Shown: positions 9,546 to 18,328 of the stretch, piece by piece
How the letters are laid out: the number at the start of each line of letters is the position of its first letter
Position numbering within the stretch: the stretch's first letter is position 1
DNA from: Dehalococcoidia bacterium
GTDB lineage: Bacteria > Chloroflexota > Dehalococcoidia > UBA2979
DNA: 64,000 nt
Direction: 5' to 3'
NCBI GenBank assembly: GCA_965262725.1
Contig: OZ253555.1
Location: 2,208,001 to 2,272,000, forward strand
The notes under the pieces: model-generated
What the model saw: only the letters and a program-made list of their open reading frames with translations
What the model was told of the DNA's origin: nothing
The model's database searches: none
Translations under genes and position numbers: made by a program

Positions 9546-11981
9546 CTACCTCTGGCGAGCGCCGAATTCCCCGGTGAGGAGACTCACGATGTGCTCCTGC
9601 TCGACCCGGGCGTCCTCGCCGGTGAGCGTCCGGTCCGGGGCCTGGTAGCGGATGGAGAACGCGAGCGAGCGCGTCCCCTCCGGCACCTGCTCCCCCGTGT
9701 AGACGTCGAAGATGCGCGCCTCTGCAACGAGCGGCGAGCGCGCGATCGCGGCGCGCAGCGCCTCCGCCGGGACGGAGAGCGGAGCGATCACGGCCAGATC
9801 CTGCTCCACTGCGGGGAAGCGCGAGATGGGGCGTGCGAGGCGGCGGCTCGCCACGTGCGGTAGCAGGCGGGGGAGATCGATCTCGAACATCATCACCGGC
9901 TGCTCGATGTCGAAGGCGGAGAGCACCCGGGGGTGGACCTCGCCCAGCACGCCAACCTCGGCGCCCCCGACGACGAGGCGCGCCGTCCGCCCGGCGAGCA
10001 TGGCGGGGTCCTCGGCCGGCTCGTAGGAGCACTCGACGCCCAGCTCGCCCAGCGCCGCCTCCAGCACGCCCTTCGCGTCGAAGAAGTCGAGCGGCTGCCC
10101 CGTGGGCATCCCCCAGCGATCGGCGGATGCTCCGGCAATCGCCCCGACCACCTGCTCGCGCTCGTCGGGCAGGGGGCCGTCCGAGATCCGCTCGCGAGCC
10201 ACGTAGACGCGTGCCGCCTCGAAGATCGCGACCTCGAGGAGGCCGGCGCGCAGGTTGCGGGCCACCGTCTCGAGCAGCGCGTGGCGGAGCGTCGGACGCA
10301 TCAGTTCGCGTTCCGCCGAGAGCGTGTTGGCGAGGCGGAGCGGCGCCCTCCGTCGGATCTCCTCCTCCGGGAGCACGCGCGCCAGCACCTCCTCCGTCGT
10401 CAGGGAGTAGTTGATTACCTCGCGCAGCCCCGCCGCCGCGAGCGCGTCGCGCAGCCGCTCCCGCAGCTCCACCAGGGGCTGCGGCTCGTGCGGGGGAACG
10501 CGTCCGCGGATGGTCGTGGCGGGCAGCCGGTCGTAGCCGGCGAGGCGCACCACCTCCTCCGCGACGTCGTCGGCTATGGCAATGTCGGTGCGCCACCACG
10601 GGGGGCGGACCACGAAGCTCCCGGGCGTGTGGTGGACCTCGAAGCCGAGTGCCTTGAGCCACGCCTCCACCTCTCCGTCCTCGAGCGTCAGCCCCGTCAC
10701 GGTGTCGAGGCGCCGGTGGCTCACCTCGATCGGCGGCCGCTCGGGCGGGCTCGGATAGACGTCGACGGCGCCGGGCCGGGGTTGCCCCCCGGCGACCTCC
10801 TGGAGGAGGCGGACCGCCCGCCGTGCTCCCGGGCCGGCGAGCTCGGGCGAGAGCCCGCGCTCGAACCGCGTCGACGACTCGGAACGCAGGGCGAGCCGCA
10901 TCGAGGTGGTGCGGATGCTGGAGGGCTGGAAGCGCGCCGCCTCGAGCAGGATCCGCGTGGTCGACTCGGTGACCTCGGTGTCGGAACCCCCCATCACGCC
11001 GGCGAGCGCGACGGGACCTGCTGAGTCGGCGATCACGAGCATCCCGGCCGAGAGCTCGCGCTCCTCGCCGTCGAGCGTCAGCAACCGCTCGCCGGGGCGT
11101 GCCGCGCGCACTTCGATGCGGGGCACGCCGCCACCGGCCCGCTTCTCGAGGCGGTCGAGGTCGAAGGCGTGGAGCGGCTGCCCGAGCTCCATCAATACGT
11201 AGTTGGTGACGTCGACGACGTTGGAGATCGGCCGCATTCCGGCCGCGCTCAGCCGTTCCTGCATCCAGCGCGGCGAGGGGGCGACCTCGACGTCTTCGAT
11301 CACCGCGCCGATGTAGCGCGAGCAGAGATCAGGGTCGGCGATGGCGATCGAGACGGCCTCCGAGGCCGGCTCTCCGGCCTCCGGGTGTTCCTCGGGCGGG
11401 AGTCTCAGCGCCCCGCCCTCGATGGCCGCAACCTCGCGCGCGATCCCGACCATGCTCATCAGGTCGCCGCGGTTCGGCCAGACGTGGATGTCGAGCACTA
11501 CGTCGCCCAGGTAGTCGGCGAGCGGTCGTCCGACCGGCGCGTTCTCCGGCAGCTCCACGATGCCCTCGTGCTCGTCGGAGAGGCCGAGCTCGCGCTCCGA
11601 GAGCACCATGCCGGCTGACTCGACGCCCCGGATCGTGGCACGGGAGAGCACGGCCGGCTCGCCGGTGCGGCCGTCCCGGATGCGCGCCCCCTCCCGGGCG
11701 AAGGCGACGCGCTGTCCCTCGCGCAGGTTGGGGGCACCGCAGATCACCCGCAGGGGCTCCGCCGCGCCGTCGTCGACCGTGGCGAGCCTGAGGCGGTCGG
11801 CGCGCGGGTGCGCCTCGACGGAGAGGATGCGGCCGACCCGCACGAGCTCCCGATCCCAGTCGCCCCCGACGCGCGACAGGCCCTCGACCTCGGCGGAGGC
11901 CATGGTGAGGCGCCGCGAGAACGCCTCGACGTCGTCGGGCACGTCCACGTACTCCTGGAGCCACTTCAGTGAGACCAGCAT
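9546..11981 (-). CDS. pheT: Phenylalanine--tRNA ligase beta subunit
   Basis: MLVSLKWLQEYV, HPRADRL, PNRGDLMSMVGIARE, NVVDVTNYVLMELGQPLHAFD, C-terminal SLAFSIRYQAPDRTLT. Confidence 0.96.
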   Translation of the reverse strand: MLVSLKWLQEYVDVPDDVEAFSRRLTMASAEVEGLSRVGGDWDRELVRVGRILSVEAHPRADRLRLATVDDGAAEPLRVICGAPNLREGQRVAFAREGARIRDGRTGEPAVLSRATIRGVESAGMVLSERELGLSDEHEGIVELPENAPVGRPLADYLGDVVLDIHVWPNRGDLMSMVGIAREVAAIEGGALRLPPEEHPEAGEPASEAVSIAIADPDLCSRYIGAVIEDVEVAPSPRWMQERLSAAGMRPISNVVDVTNYVLMELGQPLHAFDLDRLEKRAGGGVPRIEVRAARPGERLLTLDGEERELSAGMLVIADSAGPVALAGVMGGSDTEVTESTTRILLEAARFQPSSIRTTSMRLALRSESSTRFERGLSPELAGPGARRAVRLLQEVAGGQPRPGAVDVYPSPPERPPIEVSHRRLDTVTGLTLEDGEVEAWLKALGFEVHHTPGSFVVRPPWWRTDIAIADDVAEEVVRLAGYDRLPATTIRGRVPPHEPQPLVELRERLRDALAAAGLREVINYSLTTEEVLARVLPEEEIRRRAPLRLANTLSAERELMRPTLRHALLETVARNLRAGLLEVAIFEAARVYVARERISDGPLPDEREQVVGAIAGASADRWGMPTGQPLDFFDAKGVLEAALGELGVECSYEPAEDPAMLAGRTARLVVGGAEVGVLGEVHPRVLSAFDIEQPVMMFEIDLPRLLPHVASRRLARPISRFPAVEQDLAVIAPLSVPAEALRAAIARSPLVAEARIFDVYTGEQVPEGTRSLAFSIRYQAPDRTLTGEDARVEQEHIVSLLTGEFGARQR

Positions 11982-12039
11982 CGTCGCTCCTCGGCGTGCG
12001 CACCGGCGGCGCCCCGCGGCGCAGCCGGCGTGTAGGGCC

Positions 12040-13086
12040 TCAGAACTGGCTGAGGAACCGCAGGTCGTTCTGGTAGAAGTGGCGGATGTCCTCCACGCCG
12101 TGGCGCAGCATGGCGATCCGCTCGACGCCCATGCCGGCGGCGAAGCCGGTGTAGCGCTCGGTGTCGTAGCCCGCGGCCTCGAGGATCTCTGGGTGCACCA
12201 TCCCGGCGCCCATGATCTCGAGCCAGCGGCCGCCGCGGCAGACGGTGCAGGCGGAGTCGGTGCCGTCGCAGGCGAAGCAGTCGACGGCGAGCTCGACGCC
12301 GGGCTCGACGAAGGGGAAGTAGCTGTTGCGCAGGAGCACCTGGCGCTCGGAGCCGAAGATCTGGCGCGCGAACTCCCAGAGCGTGCCCTTGAGATCGGCC
12401 ATCGAGATGCCCTCGTCGACGGCGAGCACCTCCACCTGCTGCATCATCCACTCGTGCGTGGCGTCGGTCGCCTCGTAGCGGTAGCAGCGCCCGGGAACGA
12501 CGATCCGGATCGGCGGCTCGTGGCGCTCCATGAAGCGGATCTGCATCGGGCTGGTGTGGGTGCGGAGCAGGAGCCGCCCGGCCCCGCTCGCCTCCTCGTC
12601 GAACCAGAAGGTGTCCCACATGTCGCGCGCGGGGTGGTCCTCGGGGATGCGCAGCCGGTCGAAGTTGTAGCGATCGAGCTCGACCTCCGGACCCTCGACC
12701 GAGGCGAAGCCCATCCGCGCGAAGACGGAGAGGATCTCGCGCAGGGTCTGCGTGATCGGGTGGAGTCCCCCTTTCGGGCGCGCCCGTCCCGGGAGGGAGA
12801 CGTCGAGCGAGCCCTCGGCGAGGGCGGCGAGCGAGCGCTCGGAGAGCTCCAGGCGGCGCCCCTCGAGCGCCTCCTCGAGCGCCACCTTGGCGTGGTTGGC
12901 CGCCTGCCCGAGCTCGCGCCTGAGCTCCGGCGGCTGGTCGCGGAGCGAGCGGAGGATCGCGGTCAGCCGACCGGATCGCCCGAGAACCCGCGTGCGCCAC
13001 TCCTCGAGCGCCCGCTCGTCCGCGGCGCCCGCGAGCGCCGCGCGCTCCTCGGCGAGGGCGGACTCCACCTCCTCGACGCTGCTCAT
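12040..13086 (-). CDS. pheS: Phenylalanine--tRNA ligase alpha subunit
   Basis: GGLHPIT, HPARDMWDTF, LLRTHTSPMQIR, YFPFVEPGVE, GFAAGMGVERIAML. Confidence 0.96.
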   Translation of the reverse strand: MSSVEEVESALAEERAALAGAADERALEEWRTRVLGRSGRLTAILRSLRDQPPELRRELGQAANHAKVALEEALEGRRLELSERSLAALAEGSLDVSLPGRARPKGGLHPITQTLREILSVFARMGFASVEGPEVELDRYNFDRLRIPEDHPARDMWDTFWFDEEASGAGRLLLRTHTSPMQIRFMERHEPPIRIVVPGRCYRYEATDATHEWMMQQVEVLAVDEGISMADLKGTLWEFARQIFGSERQVLLRNSYFPFVEPGVELAVDCFACDGTDSACTVCRGGRWLEIMGAGMVHPEILEAAGYDTERYTGFAAGMGVERIAMLRHGVEDIRHFYQNDLRFLSQF

Positions 13087-13149
13087 GGGGTCGAGTCTAT
13101 GGGCGGGTGCTGCTCATGGGCTACTCTCGGCGGGTGCGGGAGGGCCTGG

Positions 13150-13700
13150 GTGTCGGCGAAGTGGCACGGTGAGGTCGAGCTTCCCTGGGAGCAGTCGGAG
13201 GCGCTCCGCGAGGAGATCCACGCCTTCATCGCCGGCGAGCGCGGCGAGCGCGCCTGCTTCCTCACAACACTTCGCCGCGACGGCCGGCCCCTGACCCGAC
13301 CGGTCAACGCCCTGGTCACCGACTGGAGCGTCGAGACCGTGACCCAGGACATCCAGTACAAGACGGGCCACGTGCGCGCCAACCCGGTCGTCTCGTACCT
13401 CTGGGTGAGCGCGGAGAGTCGGCCCGGATTCCGCGTGCACGCGCCGCGCTCCGTCTTCCTGGAGGGCCGCGCGCGGCTCCTCGAGCACCCGGCCTCCGTC
13501 GAGGAATTCTTTCGGCGTCGCGTCGCGTCGCGCGGGGCGGGCGCCCCGAGGGGGCGGCGCACCAAGGCGATCCCGACTACCGCCGCTTCCTGATCCGGAC
13601 GCGCCCCGTCTACGTGCGCGCCGAGAGATTCGCCGAGCTCTCGCGCCCCGCGGTCCTGCGCGACTTCCCCGCAGCGGCGCTCGACGCGGGAGGCGAGTAG
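13150..13700 (+). pseudogene. Pyridoxamine-5'-phosphate-oxidase-like (split-barrel flavin-binding) protein, frameshifted near 13550
   Basis: CFLTTLRRDGRPLTRPV...KTGHVRANPVVSYLW...SVFLEGRARL, then a stop at 13593. Another frame continues HQGDPDYRRFLIRTRPVYVRAE... to TAG 13700. Confidence 0.6.
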
Positions 13701-13784
13701 CGGCCGTTTGACAGGCACGGCGTCGCGCGTCGAGCATCGGCGCGCCGCCCGGCACATGGGGGCGGCCCGCGGGGAGGGGGTGTG

Positions 13785-14033
13785 ATGGCGATCCGCGGCT
13801 ACGTTCTGGTCGAGACCGAGGTGGGGCGCACGCAGGCGGTGGGGATGGAGCTCCGGCGCCTCACGTCCCAGGCGGCGAAGGTGCTCGCCGTCGACACCGT
13901 GACCGGGCCCTTCGACGTGATCATGCAGCTTGAGGCGGAGGACCTCGACCGCCTCGGCAAGTGCATCACCGACGAGGTCCAGCAGATCGACGGCATCCAG
14001 CGCACCACCACCTGCCTCGCCGTCAACCTCTGA
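13785..14033 (+). CDS. Lrp/AsnC ligand-binding-domain protein (no HTH)
   Basis: IRGYVLVETEVG...VTGPFDVIMQLEAEDL...VQQIDGIQRTTTCLAV. Confidence 0.85.
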   Translation: MAIRGYVLVETEVGRTQAVGMELRRLTSQAAKVLAVDTVTGPFDVIMQLEAEDLDRLGKCITDEVQQIDGIQRTTTCLAVNL

Positions 14034-14086
14034 TCGCGAGTCCTGAGCGGTCCCGGCGCCCGCGCCGGGGCGGGAGGATCGGGGCG

Positions 14087-14239
14087 ATGAGCATCAGCGA
14101 CACGCGCGGATTCCTCTACTGGCTCGCGAGGTTGCTCGGCGACGTCAACGCCGTGAAGCGCGGGCGCGTCGGGCGGCGCATCGCGCGGCGCGCCGCCGGG
14201 AAGGCGACCGGCCGGGGTCTCGGCAAGCTCTTCAAGTAG
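14087..14239 (+). CDS. Small basic protein, 50 aa
   Basis: MSISDTRGFLYWLARLLGDVNAVKRGRVGRRIARRAAGKATGRGLGKLFK, with GGAGG SD and host-like codon usage. Confidence 0.7.
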   Translation: MSISDTRGFLYWLARLLGDVNAVKRGRVGRRIARRAAGKATGRGLGKLFK

Positions 14240-14275
14240 CCCCCGCTCCCGCCCCCGCGCGGGGCACGGGAGGGC

Positions 14276-15781
14276 TCACGGCAAGCGCCGGCTCAGGAAC
14301 TCCGCCTGCGGAAAGCCGTCGGGCGTCCAGCCGAAGCCGTCGAGATCGGCGCGCAGCGCGGCGAGGAAGCCCGGCTGCGCCAGCTGGGCGTTCGGCGCAT
14401 CCGCCACGATCCGTCGCTCGGCCTCGTGGACGAGGCTCTCGCGCGCTTCGGGATCCGGCTCCCCCTCTATCGCGTCGACGAACCTCGTGACCTCCTCGTT
14501 CTCGTACTGACCGCAGTTGATGAGCCCCATCGGCCCCGGGTAGTAGTCGTGGACGAGCGCGTAGTAGGGGTCCGGTACCTGGTGCATGCTCTCGTAGAGC
14601 AGCATCGGGTAGGCGCGGTGATAGCGCGCTCCCGCCCAGAAGGTGGCGCCGTCCATCGGCTCGAGCGCCGCGTTGACCCCGACCTCGCGTAGCGCCTCGG
14701 CGACCAGGCGCGCCGCCCGCCGGTGCGTCTCCGACGACGCGCCGAAGAAGAGCGCCGTCTCAAGGCCCGCCCCGTGCCCGGCCGCCCCGAGCAGCTCGCG
14801 CGCGCGCGGGGGGTCATAGTGGTACGGCCACCCCGCCTCGGAGGCCATCGGCGTGGTGCCGGCGAGGGGCCCCCGCCACGGCCACGCGGTCCCGAAATAG
14901 ACCTCGTCCAGGATGCGCTCGTAGGGAATGGCGTAGGCGACTGCCTGGCGCACCACTCGGCTGTCGAACGGCGCCCGGCGGCAGTTCATCATCAGCATGA
15001 GATGCGCGCCCGAGGGGGCGTGGCTGACGCGGACGCCGCCCGAGCCGTCGAGGAGTTCCCGCTCCCAGGGGTCGATGCGCGGGAGCAGGTCGACCTCGCC
15101 CGCCAGCAGCAGCTCCCGCCGCCTCTGTGCTCCAGGCACGAAGAGCACGCGCACGGTCGCGAACGCCGGCTCGGACTCGCCGTTGGCGACCAGCACCGCC
15201 TCCTTCCAGGGGGAGAGCGACTCCAGGCGGTAGGCGCCGTAGCCGGCGGCGTTGCGGACGAGCCAGCCGCTCGCCCAGGGGTCGTCGGCGCTGGCGTGGC
15301 GCCGTGCCTCGACCGAGTCGATGATCGCGGGCGTCGCGCGCGTGAACTGCTGCAGCAGCGACGGATTCGCGGCGCGCGGGCGGAACTCGACCTCGTGGCT
15401 CCCGATCGCCTCCACTGCCTCCGGGTCCCAGATCGAGCCGATGCGCGCAACCCATTTCCCGACATCGCGGAGCGCGATCGCTCGCTGCCAGCTCCACACC
15501 ACGTCCTCGGAGGTGAGCTCGTGGCCCGCGGCCGAGCGGACGCCGCGCCTCAGCGTTACCAGGTAGCGTCGCCCTCCGTCGAGCGCCTGCCAGCCTTCCG
15601 CCAGCTCGGGAACGAGCCGCGGCGGATCGGGGATGAGCTCGCCGGTGGGGCCCTCCACCAGCGGGTAGCGCGCGAGGCGGCGATAGCAGAGGCGGTTCAG
15701 CAAGCCGTCGAGGCCCCGTGCCTCCGCGTCGAGGCCGGTCGGCCCGGGTGGGACGGCGATCCGCAGCTCGCTACCACTCAT
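14276..15781 (-). CDS. Family-5 (Opp/Dpp-like) solute-binding protein without signal peptide
   Basis: PELAEGW...LRRGVRSAAGHELTSEDVVWSW, PFDSRVVRQAVAYAIPY, C-terminal REALVHEAERRIVADAP-like helix. Confidence 0.8.
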   Translation of the reverse strand: MSGSELRIAVPPGPTGLDAEARGLDGLLNRLCYRRLARYPLVEGPTGELIPDPPRLVPELAEGWQALDGGRRYLVTLRRGVRSAAGHELTSEDVVWSWQRAIALRDVGKWVARIGSIWDPEAVEAIGSHEVEFRPRAANPSLLQQFTRATPAIIDSVEARRHASADDPWASGWLVRNAAGYGAYRLESLSPWKEAVLVANGESEPAFATVRVLFVPGAQRRRELLLAGEVDLLPRIDPWERELLDGSGGVRVSHAPSGAHLMLMMNCRRAPFDSRVVRQAVAYAIPYERILDEVYFGTAWPWRGPLAGTTPMASEAGWPYHYDPPRARELLGAAGHGAGLETALFFGASSETHRRAARLVAEALREVGVNAALEPMDGATFWAGARYHRAYPMLLYESMHQVPDPYYALVHDYYPGPMGLINCGQYENEEVTRFVDAIEGEPDPEARESLVHEAERRIVADAPNAQLAQPGFLAALRADLDGFGWTPDGFPQAEFLSRRLP

Positions 15782-15903
15782 GGTCTGCCCCCTCCGCCGC
15801 CGTGCCTGGGGGAGATGCTACCCGCCGGGGCGCTCCCCGCGGGCCGGCCGCCGTGCCCGGCGCCGACGGCCCCCGCTCGCGGGCTACGCTCTAGACTGAG
15901 GGC

Positions 15904-17226
15904 ATGGTCGCCGGCCCGGAACGCGCCGCCACGCCCGCGATGATCTCCGTGGAGGAGGCTCGCGCGCGCATCCTCCACGGGATCGCACCCCTCGAGGCGG
16001 TCGAGGTCCCGCTGCTGGAGGCGCTCGGACAGACGCTGGCCGGAGAGGTGCGCTCCTCCCTGGACATCCCGCCCCTGCCCAACACCGGCATGGACGGCTA
16101 CGCGGTGCGCGCCGTCGACACCGAGGGCGCCACGCCGGCCTCGCCTCGCAAGCTCCGCATCACCGGCTACCTCGCTGCGGGCGGCGTCTATGAGGGGAGC
16201 GTCGGACCCGGCGAGGCGGTGCGGATCATGACCGGCGCGCCCATCCCCGCCGGCGCCGATGCCGTCGTCCCCTTCGAGGAGACCGACGAGCAGGAGCAGA
16301 CCGCGCCCTGGCGGGAGGGCCCGCGCCGCGGCGTCCGCATCGACGTGGAGGCGCGGCCGGGCGCGAACGTGCGGCCGGCCGCGGAGGATGTGCGCGCCGG
16401 CGAGGTCGTGCTGACGTCCGGCACGGTGATCGGGGAGTCGCAGGTGGGCGTGCTCGCCTCGCTCGGGTTGGCGGAGGTGCGTGTCGTGCGCCGGCCGCGC
16501 GTCGCCATCCTCTCCACCGGCGACGAGCTCGTGCGGCCCGGCGAGCCGCTCCGGCCGGGCGCCATCTACGATGCCAACGCGTTCTCGCTCGCCGCGCAGG
16601 TGCTCGCCGCGGGGGGGACGCCCCGGATCCTGGACGTGGCGCGCGACACGACGGAGGCGTTGACCGCGCGCATCCACGAGGGTCTCCGCGACGCCGATCT
16701 CCTCGTCACGTCGGCGGGCGTCTCGCGCGGCGACTTCGACATCGTCAAGGAGGTGCTCGCGCGCGAGGGAGAGATCGGGTTCTGGACGGTCCGGATGCGG
16801 CCCGGGAAGCCCCTCGCCTTCGGGTCGTTCACGGTGAGGGGAGCCGGCGCCGAGCGCCGCGTGCCGCACCTGGGGCTTCCCGGGAACCCCGTCTCCGCGA
16901 TGATGACCTTCGAGCTCTTCGGGCGGGCGGTGCTCTACACGATGCTCGGGCGGGATGACTGGGAGCGCCCGCGTGTGCGCGCGACGGCAGCCGAGCGTAT
17001 TGACAATCCCGACGGCAGGCGCGTCTACGCCCGCGCCGTGATCGCGCGCGACGGGGGAAAGGGGCGCTACGTGGCGCGGCTCACGGGGCCGCAGGGCTCG
17101 GGCGTCCTGACGTCGATGGCGCTCGCCAACGGCTACGCCGTCTGCCCCGAGGACCGCCCCGCGGTCGAGCCCGGGGAGGAGTGCGAGGTGCTGCTGGTCG
17201 GCCCGGTCGAGGGGCCCGCCGACTGA
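15904..17226 (+). CDS. moeA: Molybdopterin molybdenumtransferase
   Basis: PPLPNTGMDGYAVR, RIMTGAPIPAGADAVV, STGDEL, SAGVSRGDFD, MRPGKPL, GLPGNPVS. Confidence 0.95.
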   Translation: MVAGPERAATPAMISVEEARARILHGIAPLEAVEVPLLEALGQTLAGEVRSSLDIPPLPNTGMDGYAVRAVDTEGATPASPRKLRITGYLAAGGVYEGSVGPGEAVRIMTGAPIPAGADAVVPFEETDEQEQTAPWREGPRRGVRIDVEARPGANVRPAAEDVRAGEVVLTSGTVIGESQVGVLASLGLAEVRVVRRPRVAILSTGDELVRPGEPLRPGAIYDANAFSLAAQVLAAGGTPRILDVARDTTEALTARIHEGLRDADLLVTSAGVSRGDFDIVKEVLAREGEIGFWTVRMRPGKPLAFGSFTVRGAGAERRVPHLGLPGNPVSAMMTFELFGRAVLYTMLGRDDWERPRVRATAAERIDNPDGRRVYARAVIARDGGKGRYVARLTGPQGSGVLTSMALANGYAVCPEDRPAVEPGEECEVLLVGPVEGPAD

Positions 17227-17789
17227 GCGCCGCCGCGCGCGCGCCCTCCGGCCCGGCGCTCGTGCTCATCGCCGGCGTCTCCGGCCCCGAGAAGACGCTG
17301 CTCGTCGTCTCCTTGACCGAGGAGCTGCGCCGCCTCGGCCACCGAGTCGGCCGCGCCGAGGCGCGCGGGGACGTGCTCGTGGTGGCGCTCGCGTCGGGCG
17401 GGCGCGTCACCGCCGCGCCGCCGGCCGACCCGCGCGCATGGCCCGACGCGCTCGGCCGCCTCGCGCGGAGCCTCGATCCGCAGCTCGAGCTCCTGCTCGT
17501 CGAGGGCCCGGAGAGGCGCGACACCGACGAACTCCCGGTCGTCGAAGTCGTGGTGCCGCGCGGGGCTTCGACGACGGCCCCCGGGACGCTGCTGGCAGCA
17601 GCATCGGGCGCCGACTCGGCCCGGGATCTCGCGGTGCTCGTCGAGCGGCGCGTGCTCGGAGGCGCGGCCGGGCGCTCGCTCGACGCGGCGGTCGGGCGGC
17701 GACGCGCCCGCCGACCCCTCGGCCGGGCATTGGGCGGGGCGCTACATCGCGCACTCGCGGTGCTCGGCCGCGTGGGGCGGCGTGGCTAG
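17223..17789 (+). CDS. Divergent MobB-like P-loop protein
   Basis: LVLIAGVSGPEKTLLVVSLTEELRRLGHRVG and LLLVEG match the MobB pattern, with an altered Walker A. Probable CTG start overlapping the moeA stop (CTGA). Confidence 0.5.
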   Translation: MSAAARAPSGPALVLIAGVSGPEKTLLVVSLTEELRRLGHRVGRAEARGDVLVVALASGGRVTAAPPADPRAWPDALGRLARSLDPQLELLLVEGPERRDTDELPVVEVVVPRGASTTAPGTLLAAASGADSARDLAVLVERRVLGGAAGRSLDAAVGRRRARRPLGRALGGALHRALAVLGRVGRRG

Positions 17790-18034
17790 AGCGACGCACT
17801 CAGCAGGAGAGCCCGTCCGCTCGCCTCATCCGGCTCAACCGCTCCATGGACGGCCGGGCTCGTGTGCGGACCAATCTGCCTTCCGAGAGCCATGTGGGCC
17901 GGGCGGCTTCTCCGTCGTGCTGGGCGGCATCCGTGAGCGCCGCGGCAGCGCCGACCGTGTACTCGGGGATCCCTCCACCACGCCGCGCCGTGGCCGGTGT
18001 CGCCGTCCCGACGGTGGGCCGCCCAGGTTCGAAG

Positions 18035-18328
18035 CTAGTACAGCACCTCGAAGCCCACCAGGCCGTTCTCCGGCTCCTCCCACCGGTACTCGACATCGTC
18101 GACGACGGCGAGAGGTGGTCCCTCGCGGAGGCGCTCGACGAAGCGGCGCAGCGTGGGCTCGTCGCCCTCGGCGACCACCTCGACGGAGCGCCCGTCCGCG
18201 AGATTGCGGGCGTAGCCCGAGATCTGCAGCCGGGTCGCCTCCTCGACGCAAAAGGCGCGATAGCCGACGCGCTGCACGCGTCCGAGCGCGCGTCCGACGA
18301 GGCGCCTGCGGGGGCCGCCCGGGCTCAC
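18035..18328 (-). CDS. acyP: Acylphosphatase
   Basis: GRVQRVGYRAF...GYARNLADGRSVEVVAEG. Confidence 0.9.
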   Translation of the reverse strand: MSPGGPRRRLVGRALGRVQRVGYRAFCVEEATRLQISGYARNLADGRSVEVVAEGDEPTLRRFVERLREGPPLAVVDDVEYRWEEPENGLVGFEVLY

